A DNA stretch of 64,000 nt from the IMG/VR virus record IMGVR_UViG_3300042379_000183, positions 1,376-65,375 of that record. The stretch is one strand, 5' to 3'. This document shows, one piece after another, positions 57,757 to 64,000 of this stretch. Source of the DNA: a virus (Duplodnaviria; Caudoviricetes). Below the pieces are notes generated by a model. That model saw only the letters and a list, made by a program, of their open reading frames with translations. It did no database searches and had not been told where the DNA came from. Made by a program: the position numbers and the translations under genes. Positions within the stretch are counted from its first letter, which is position 1, and every line of letters begins with the position of its first letter.

Positions 57757-58347
57757 TTAGCCTACTACTAATTCAGTTGGACTAAATAGAATCTCAACCA
57801 TACCTCTAATTGGTTTCCAGGTTCTTCTGAAGATACTATTGTTTGGTTCAGTTACTCTTAATTCAAAGAAGCCATACACTGAAGCGTTCACGGCAGGAGC
57901 AACAGACCAAGTAGAACTTAGTGTACTTGGAAATTGAATATAAATCTTATTCAATGTAGTTTCAATCCAAAATGGATCACTATTTGGTGTAACTGCACTA
58001 ATCCTTGCAACACCAGTAGAAAGCTTATAATACTTTCCACCATAGTATACAACTTCTTCCATATTATAGGCAGAAGCTGAATCCCAATTACCACGCTTTA
58101 CTGGAGTTCTAACAGTTAATCCTGTTTGAATACCATTAGGTTGAATTGCAATTGGTTTCTCATCAGAGTTAACTACATTTAAGGCTTCAATGACAACTGC
58201 CTCATATGTATATCCAAGTGTTACATCTGCAACAAAGTTCATTGTTACAGGAAATTCAAGTTGTTCACCTTTAATGAAAGACCACAAGACTGATCCGGAG
58301 TCAGTGATGAGGTCGTCAGCCAATTCAGTCAGTTGTGATCTTGCCAT
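57757..58347 (-). CDS. Hypothetical structural protein
   Basis: 196 aa with a short carbohydrate-binding-like WDSASAY…VYYGGKYY insert; ends RGMVEILFSP. Confidence 0.6.
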   Translation of the reverse strand: MARSQLTELADDLITDSGSVLWSFIKGEQLEFPVTMNFVADVTLGYTYEAVVIEALNVVNSDEKPIAIQPNGIQTGLTVRTPVKRGNWDSASAYNMEEVVYYGGKYYKLSTGVARISAVTPNSDPFWIETTLNKIYIQFPSTLSSTWSVAPAVNASVYGFFELRVTEPNNSIFRRTWKPIRGMVEILFSPTELVVG

Positions 58348-58373
58348 ACTATTCCTAAGTTTTACGTTTTAAA

Positions 58374-58395
58374 GAGGAGCTTTCTAAGGCTCCTC
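58374..58395 (-). terminator. Stem-loop, possible terminator
   Basis: GAGGAGC stem with 8-nt loop, short U tract. Confidence 0.5.
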
Positions 58396-58420
58396 GTGTA
58401 CAAATAAAATAAATGCTAAA

Positions 58421-58981
58421 TCAAACAGTATTCCAATTAGTGCCACGGAATACCAATGTAACGCTACCATTTGTCCCTGCAACAATCGTCAAAGAGGCAA
58501 GGCCTTCAATAGTCTCCACACCATTTGGTGTAATGCTAACGTTACTTGTACTTCCAGCTTCTGATTTAACAATATAAGTATCGCCATCAATACCAGCAGG
58601 CAATCCAATAAGAATTGGAGCAAGTACACCACTCACGCCAATGTAATAATCAGAAGCTAATACAGTATAAGGACTAGCTGCGTTATTAACAAGAGTAGTA
58701 GCATATAAAGGTGTGCTTGAGGCATTAATCGTTAAACTAGGTGCTGTACCTGTAATCGTGATATTGGTACCAGCAGTTAACGTTGTAATGACTCTATTAG
58801 TATTATCAAAGACATCACCACCGTTAATAGATGTTGTGCCATTGATCACATCAAAAGTTACAGTAGCTGTTGTTGCGACACTCTGAGGAATATCGATAAC
58901 ACCTGTGACTACATCAATGTTTGTACCGACTTCAACTACGCCAAAGTTAGTCGTTGAAGCGATTGGGGAATTGTATGACAT
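58421..58981 (-). CDS. Fibre-like protein of the paralog cassette
   Basis: MSYNSPIASTTNFGVVEVG N-terminus; C-terminal DYYIGV…LPA…YIVK…LVFRGTNWN domain. Confidence 0.65.
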   Translation of the reverse strand: MSYNSPIASTTNFGVVEVGTNIDVVTGVIDIPQSVATTATVTFDVINGTTSINGGDVFDNTNRVITTLTAGTNITITGTAPSLTINASSTPLYATTLVNNAASPYTVLASDYYIGVSGVLAPILIGLPAGIDGDTYIVKSEAGSTSNVSITPNGVETIEGLASLTIVAGTNGSVTLVFRGTNWNTV

Positions 58982-59039
58982 TTTATTGCTTTCTTTTTAT
59001 TATTTGTGCAATTTAATGAATTGTTTTAAACCGAAACAT

Positions 59040-59342
59040 TTACGCTATAACCATCCAATTATTACCATCGTATGCCACTTGTAAATGACTATACGCACCA
59101 TTAAGCATAGCAAAAGAGACACCATTGATTTTCTTACCTCCAGCAGCTGTGATTGTTATAGGATTAACAACAGAGGTTCCAGAGTAATCTTTGATATAGA
59201 AGGTTTTTCCATCATCGTCATCGTGCAATGAAGGCAGTATGACTGAAGAAGGCGCATTCCTATTTATAAATAAGATAGTGCTATTTTTATTTATAGTATA
59301 CGGTGAAGTTGTAACTATTGTTGTGTTTAGGTCTAATGACAT
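59040..59342 (-). CDS. Single-domain protein of the paralog cassette
   Basis: VILPS…FYIKD.SG….NPITI…YDGNNW. Confidence 0.65.
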   Translation of the reverse strand: MSLDLNTTIVTTSPYTINKNSTILFINRNAPSSVILPSLHDDDDGKTFYIKDYSGTSVVNPITITAAGGKKINGVSFAMLNGAYSHLQVAYDGNNWMVIA

Positions 59343-59893
59343 TATGAGATCCTTGTCAATGTTACTTTAGCACTAGCACCTGTTGGTCTAGTTGGAGTAA
59401 CTGCTGCTGGTAAGGCTGTTAAGGCTGTTGTAATATCAGCACTACTCCAAAACAATTGAACATTACTACCTGCGGTCATGTCTAAGGTGAAGTTACCTGA
59501 AGCAAACACTTGAGCTAATGTATTAGTAAGTTGTAAATCTTGTCGTGATAATGGAATATCCACACCATTGTAACGTAACCAGAAACTAATAGTATCGGTA
59601 CCACCAGATGTCTTACCTACTAGAACAGTAAACATTAGTGTATAGGTACCTGCATTAGCTACAGTTATTTCAGAAGTATTTACTATACTTACACCGTTAG
59701 CAGGATTGACATTACTAAGGGTTACAGGATTTGCAGTACTTGCTACTGGATTAGTTTGTGTACCGTTAGTAAGAAAGCCGTAATTCAATAGGCCTAGTGT
59801 GGCAGCGACAACTCCATTAGTAGCAGTTAAGCCAGTACCAACTTTCATTACGCCAAAGTCTGTTACCGAAGCCAAGGGTGTATTATAGCTCAT
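59342..59893 (-). CDS. C1q/BclA-C-terminal-like domain protein
   Basis: MSYNTPLASVTDFGVMKVG N-terminus; ITVANAGTYTLMF…FWLRYNGVDI…AGSNVQLFW beta-sandwich pattern. Confidence 0.55.
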   Translation of the reverse strand: MSYNTPLASVTDFGVMKVGTGLTATNGVVAATLGLLNYGFLTNGTQTNPVASTANPVTLSNVNPANGVSIVNTSEITVANAGTYTLMFTVLVGKTSGGTDTISFWLRYNGVDIPLSRQDLQLTNTLAQVFASGNFTLDMTAGSNVQLFWSSADITTALTALPAAVTPTRPTGASAKVTLTRIS

Positions 59894-60330
59894 ACGACAT
59901 TCCATTCTGTTCCATTAAATACTAAGGTGATGCTTCCAAAGTTAGTATTTAAGATAAAGCTTGGAGCTGTATCAATAGTCGTTGTGGCTGTAACAGTAAT
60001 AGGGGTAGCTTGTGCAGTTCCATTTATATCTTTAATGATAAATACCTTACCTGTAACAGATGCAGGTAAGACAACAGAACTAGGGCCTACGACATTAACA
60101 CCAATAAAATAGTCTGTAGATATAGGGGCAAATGGTGTGGTTATTGCAATCGTAACAGGTATTACTGATGTACCAGAAGGCCCAGGAGGTCCGGGTGGTC
60201 CAGGGGGTCCAGGAGGACCAACAGTATTACTTATAAACAAATCATTATCGCTACCACAAGGAAAACCAAGATTTGGAAAGGGTGGTGTCGGCCATAAATA
60301 TGGCGGCATCCCTTGAAATTGATTTTGCAT
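59890..60330 (-). CDS. Collagen-repeat protein with the cassette C-terminal domain
   Basis: Pro-rich N-terminus, (GPP)4-GPS, DYFIGV…LPA…IIKD…LVFNGTEWN. Confidence 0.7.
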   Translation of the reverse strand: MQNQFQGMPPYLWPTPPFPNLGFPCGSDNDLFISNTVGPPGPPGPPGPPGPSGTSVIPVTIAITTPFAPISTDYFIGVNVVGPSSVVLPASVTGKVFIIKDINGTAQATPITVTATTTIDTAPSFILNTNFGSITLVFNGTEWNVV

Positions 60331-60344
60331 ACAAATCCTTTAAA

Positions 60345-60373
60345 TCCCCCATAACTTATTAGCTATGGGGGGA
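60345..60373 (-). terminator. Stem-loop after the Gly/Gln-rich gene
   Basis: CCCCCAUAGC-UAAUAA-GUUAUGGGGG followed by AUUU. Confidence 0.55.
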
Positions 60374-60387
60374 AGATTTACTTAATA

Positions 60388-61353
60388 TTAACGAATATTA
60401 GTATTAGTATTTGCAGGATTTGCAGTCAAAGTGCCGCTACCAACGTTAATTGCTTCGTTAGTAGAGCGGATCGACTGGCCTAGGCCCCAGATCATGTTAG
60501 CCAATTGGCCATACTGCTGCTGTTGCTGTTGCTGCGATTGCATCTGATTGATGTTGTTCGTGGTAGTAACTTCGATACCACGGCTACGTTCAGCACCGTC
60601 AAAGCGCGCTTGCAATGCGATAACTGCCGAATTAGCATCGGACAATTGTCTATTGAGGGTAGCTTCATACTGCGAAACAATCAACGAACGAGTGAGCGCA
60701 CCATCCATGGTAATGTCTTTCGACAATTCATAGCGGTTCTGCATAACTTGCTGCTGAACACCATTCAATTGCTGAGCAAGAACCATTGTTCCCGCATTAA
60801 CAACGTCTTTGACAGCGTCAATTCGACCTTGCAGTGGAGCCGTCACGCCATTAATTGCGCCAATAATACCTAGCGACTGAGTCGCTTGGGAGGCTTCCAT
60901 TGTTGCTGTAGAAAGAGCAACTGACTTATCAACACCACCAATAGCAGCCATCAAGTCCATGTTGGCTTGGTTTTGCTCAGGCGGGTTACGCAGAGTTGCA
61001 CCCAAGGCACCAGCTCCAGCGCCATCTCCACCACCAAGCAGATTGCCGTTGTTACGCAGTAAACTACCCAGGATTAGGCCACCGATCATGCCACCACCAC
61101 CAAACATACCACCATCTCCACCACTATTACCAGACTTTTGAGCCATTGCCATCAGTGCTGCGGTACCGCTATCCATATCAGCCATGTTAGTTCCTTTTTC
61201 TTTTAGTTTTTGTTGTAATTCGGAAACACTTCGCCAAATCCTATTAACATGCTCATCTACATCTTCGAACTTTGCTTCATTCGAGCCAGCGTGTTCAATT
61301 AGAGCATCCCTAACTCCTCCCAGAGTTTCGGGTACCATCATACTAGTAGCCAT
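60388..61353 (-). CDS. Gly-rich hydrophobic hairpin plus Gln/Asn-rich coiled-coil protein; possible internal start at 61186
   Basis: GGMFGGGGMIGGLILGSLL, long amphipathic helix, poly-Q; second RBS (AAAGGA) before MADMDSG. Confidence 0.7.
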   Translation of the reverse strand: MATSMMVPETLGGVRDALIEHAGSNEAKFEDVDEHVNRIWRSVSELQQKLKEKGTNMADMDSGTAALMAMAQKSGNSGGDGGMFGGGGMIGGLILGSLLRNNGNLLGGGDGAGAGALGATLRNPPEQNQANMDLMAAIGGVDKSVALSTATMEASQATQSLGIIGAINGVTAPLQGRIDAVKDVVNAGTMVLAQQLNGVQQQVMQNRYELSKDITMDGALTRSLIVSQYEATLNRQLSDANSAVIALQARFDGAERSRGIEVTTTNNINQMQSQQQQQQQYGQLANMIWGLGQSIRSTNEAINVGSGTLTANPANTNTNIR

Positions 61354-61413
61354 ACTACTATTCCTTTTATTATAATATTACGAATCTTTGTTCGCTTATT
61401 TAAATAAGACAAA

Positions 61414-62760
61414 TTAAAAGTTAAACCCTCTAATAGTACGCTTGGTCCCTTGTTGTACCGGAAATAAATATTCAACACCATATCTAATTCCATCAGAAAA
61501 GTGTTCAACACCTTCCGATTTATCAAGGACTGCCATATCAGGATTATTATCAACCCACTTTGTACGTTCTAATGAATTAATAACACCTACGCATCGAGGA
61601 TGTACACAAAGACCAATGTCACCTGCCGCAGTTAAGAGTTTCTTATTTACTGCAGCAACAGAATCAATAATAGGTGGAGCTTTAGAATGTGCTAAACACT
61701 GTATTTTATATGATTCTAAAATGCTAAAGTCAGTTCTACCTACAGGAGCAGATGTCTTTCTTGCTCTCCCAGATGGGTCAGGATAAGCATAAATCTTATG
61801 ACCTTTATACTTTTCTACTATAGACATAGCTAGAGTCTCAGTGTCCGGATGTCCCTTAAATTCATCGATAATATGAATCTGTTTCCCACGAACTGCGAAA
61901 ACAGAGGAACATTGCAGACCTACGTTAAAGTCGATATTGATATGTACATCTTCACCTAATGCACCATCAATGCCTTCTTCAAAATAGGGTAAATCATCTC
62001 TGATATGTTTCTTACGTTCAAAACAATAGAATACACGGTTACCAGACTCTTGGAATGATGCGAGATACTCAGCAGCAAACTCTAAAGGATCTAGGTTATG
62101 TTTAATTCTTTCAATTTCATTAACATCAAGAAACGGAGAGGTCTTATAATCAAAATGATATGACTTCCAATTTTTATCTAATGTCTCATATCCATGTAGC
62201 TCATGAAAATAGTTATAGCCCTTAGGAGTACTAATTATCAACGCTCTACCGGGAGACTTAGCACCGTATTCAAGGGCTCTTTTATTGGACCAACGAGTAA
62301 TGATGGTAGGCTGGATAACACCTTGCCAAGCTTCTTTTGGGGTAATACCTTTTCTGCATGAAGAGACTTCGTCCCACACAACAAAATAGGCACCTTTACC
62401 GCGCATCCGTTCCACTGCTTCATATGATAATAGCCTTAGTTCTACATTATTAGGAAATATAAATCTTCCAAGATCTCGAGAAGATTTTAACGCATAATGC
62501 TCCATACCAAGATCAAAGTTAATCAACGGATAATAAATATCAGTTACTTGATCATAAGTAGGAGCGATAATGTAGACTATCTTATTAGGAATATTAACTC
62601 GTAATTCCAATAATTCAAAGATAGCAGTGACGGCTGTAACAGCTGCCGCATAGGATTTACCCCAACCACGAGAACAGCATACAACAGAAAACCTACATGA
62701 TTTATTTACAAATAGATCTTCATATACTTCAGATTGTCCCTCGTGGAGGTTGATCGGCAT
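61414..62760 (-). CDS. terL: Terminase large subunit
   Basis: Walker A SRGWGKS, APTYDQ, Walker B VVWDE, ISTPKG, nuclease IDFNV, YPDPSG, EHFSDGIRY. Confidence 0.93.
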   Translation of the reverse strand: MPINLHEGQSEVYEDLFVNKSCRFSVVCCSRGWGKSYAAAVTAVTAIFELLELRVNIPNKIVYIIAPTYDQVTDIYYPLINFDLGMEHYALKSSRDLGRFIFPNNVELRLLSYEAVERMRGKGAYFVVWDEVSSCRKGITPKEAWQGVIQPTIITRWSNKRALEYGAKSPGRALIISTPKGYNYFHELHGYETLDKNWKSYHFDYKTSPFLDVNEIERIKHNLDPLEFAAEYLASFQESGNRVFYCFERKKHIRDDLPYFEEGIDGALGEDVHINIDFNVGLQCSSVFAVRGKQIHIIDEFKGHPDTETLAMSIVEKYKGHKIYAYPDPSGRARKTSAPVGRTDFSILESYKIQCLAHSKAPPIIDSVAAVNKKLLTAAGDIGLCVHPRCVGVINSLERTKWVDNNPDMAVLDKSEGVEHFSDGIRYGVEYLFPVQQGTKRTIRGFNF

Positions 62761-62950
62761 TACTAATTTCCTTTTGGATTACATCTTGAGCATCTTCAAT
62801 GACCTCAATACGGAAACCCTTAATGTTAATTAAATTAGGTTCATCTCTCATAGCATGCTTATTATATAGAAACTTAAAGAGCTCAGCATTATTACCTGGG
62901 GTACAAATATAAGTTTTATACATGATTGAGTGGTACTGTATTATTACCAA
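62729..62950 (-). CDS. Hypothetical protein
   Basis: 73-aa ORF between putative TerS and TerL. Confidence 0.45.
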   Translation of the reverse strand: MVIIQYHSIMYKTYICTPGNNAELFKFLYNKHAMRDEPNLINIKGFRIEVIEDAQDVIQKEISNADQPPRGTI

Positions 62951-63393
62951 CTATTATCATTGTCTTCGTCAGGGGTATCATCAGGTACCTCATTATTAAC
63001 AATATATGTATCGCCCTTCTTTGTGAGGTTTACAATAAGAGGCATTGGAGCTCTTTGTTGTTCCTCTGAGATTTCTGGGACTCTACCATAATTATACCTA
63101 AGAAGCTTCTCAGCTATAGCTATCTGTTTATCATAGATAGACATAGTAGTCTCAGGGTTGTATGATTTAGGTCTACCAGTGGAAGTGAGCTCTACAAGAA
63201 CATTATTACGAATCTTAATTTGTCGTTCTAATTCACCATCTAATTCACGATACTTATTAACAAGTTCAGTAATTGGATCAAAGTCAAGCTTCCTCAGACG
63301 TGCTACACTACGCTGACCACCACCGAAATACTTAGTTTTACCTAGAACTCTGGGAACTGATCCTATTGTAGGTTGTATTGTTTCTACGTCCAT
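62944..63393 (-). CDS. Putative terminase small subunit
   Basis: 149 aa, helical, acidic tail, upstream of TerL; positional inference. Confidence 0.55.
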   Translation of the reverse strand: MDVETIQPTIGSVPRVLGKTKYFGGGQRSVARLRKLDFDPITELVNKYRELDGELERQIKIRNNVLVELTSTGRPKSYNPETTMSIYDKQIAIAEKLLRYNYGRVPEISEEQQRAPMPLIVNLTKKGDTYIVNNEVPDDTPDEDNDNSW

Positions 63394-63485
63394 TTTCTAC
63401 TTTCAGCTATTTTCCTTATGAATCAACGACTTAGCTCAATCTACCTCACCACCGAACCTAGTCGCTGCACCTTCTTTGATATATT

Positions 63486-63648
63486 TTAAAGACGTCCTTA
63501 TTACTATTCTTAAAGACGTCTTTAATAATATCTTAAAGACGTCCTTACTGCTGTTCTTGAGACATTCTTATTTGTTATTTTATAGTTATAAATCATCTAT
63601 TGATATAAATTAAGATTAACAAGAACTTTATCACGTCATTAATGACGT
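63486..63648. repeat. Array of GACGTC-centred palindromic repeats
   Basis: TTAAAGACGTC(C/T)TTA at 63486, 63510 and 63533, degenerate copy at 63557, perfect palindrome ACGTCATTAATGACGT at 63633-63648. Confidence 0.8.
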
Positions 63649-63739
63649 CTTTGTTCATCTGATCTTAACTAAAACAATAATATAAATTACAACTATAAAC
63701 GATACTTTATAGAACGTTAGTTCTAGAGAGAACGTCTTT

Positions 63740-63758
63740 GGGTTAATTTAACGGGTTG
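63740..63758 (-). promoter_or_regulatory. Class II repeated motif, copy 4
   Basis: + strand GGGTTAATTTAACGGGTTG; upstream of the packaging genes. Confidence 0.75.
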
Positions 63759-63780
63759 ACATAACCTACTTTTTGTATAT

Positions 63781-63987
63781 TTATTGATAGTCGTCTTCAT
63801 TATCTATTTCTACATTTAACATAAATTCTAACCTTGATAAGCCACCTAATAGTCTGAAGATATTGTTATTATCGCCATAGGCTAACATACTAAGAGTATC
63901 TAGATTGTTAAGTAGCCCTGTACCAATAAAAGATTTTAATTCTCCACTCTTAGCTTTGATTAATAGCTCTTCTAAGGCTTTAATCAA
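63781..63987 (-). CDS. Hypothetical protein, probably truncated at the window edge
   Basis: LEELLIKAKSGELKSF…LLGGL; frame continues to the window end. Confidence 0.55.
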   Translation of the reverse strand: MIKALEELLIKAKSGELKSFIGTGLLNNLDTLSMLAYGDNNNIFRLLGGLSRLEFMLNVEIDNEDDYQ

Positions 63988-64000
63988 ACCATCATTAACC

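Noticed and set aside
60170-60220. Collagen repeat as evidence of eukaryotic gene transfer
   Set aside because: Short Gly-X-Y tracts are common in phage fibre proteins.
61338-61553. 71-aa minus-strand ORF overlapping the terL end
   Set aside because: Mostly an alternative frame of terL with no RBS or recognisable features.
267-61786. Numerous plus-strand ORFs in the six-frame track
   Set aside because: All lie antisense to long minus-strand genes, lack recognisable motifs, and look like shadow frames.
63394-63480. Possible tRNA (TTAGCTCAAT resembles a D-arm start)
   Set aside because: No T-loop consensus or cloverleaf could be built on either strand.
63486-63570. Possible CRISPR mini-array
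   Set aside because: Repeats are 15 bp with 8-9 bp gaps, far too short for spacers; no cas genes seen.
1-64000. Integrase, repressor or other lysogeny module
   Set aside because: None recognised in this window; the rest of the genome is not visible.

Overview
This 64-kb window is a continuous piece of a lytic tailed-phage genome with siphovirus-type morphogenesis genes. It is AT-rich and essentially all credible genes lie on the minus strand. Read in the direction of transcription (high to low coordinates), the order is: putative small terminase, large terminase, about 19.5 kb of fibre, glycine-rich and lectin-like genes, portal, a ~1540-aa MuF-RNA polymerase fusion, scaffold, major capsid, neck, tail (with a lambda-type GGGAAAG frameshift), tape measure, tail tip, lysis cassette, small early genes, a second T7-like RNA polymerase (756 aa), and a T7-like replication module (SSB, PolA, 5'-3' exonuclease, primase-helicase, class II RNR). 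The main finding is an apparent two-polymerase transcription system. One polymerase is a MuF (SPP1 gp7-like) head protein fused to a single-subunit RNAP with all catalytic motifs intact, probably virion-packaged; the other is a stand-alone RNAP. Two distinct repeated intergenic motifs could be their promoters: a 30-bp motif (2 copies, early region) and a 19-bp motif (4 copies, replication and late modules). Other notable items are a canonical type I hammerhead ribozyme overlapping a stop codon in the early region, paired substitutions in the PolA active site, a palindrome array upstream of the terminase genes, and a triplicated motif in the tape measure. Product calls come from motif recognition and gene order only; no searches were run.
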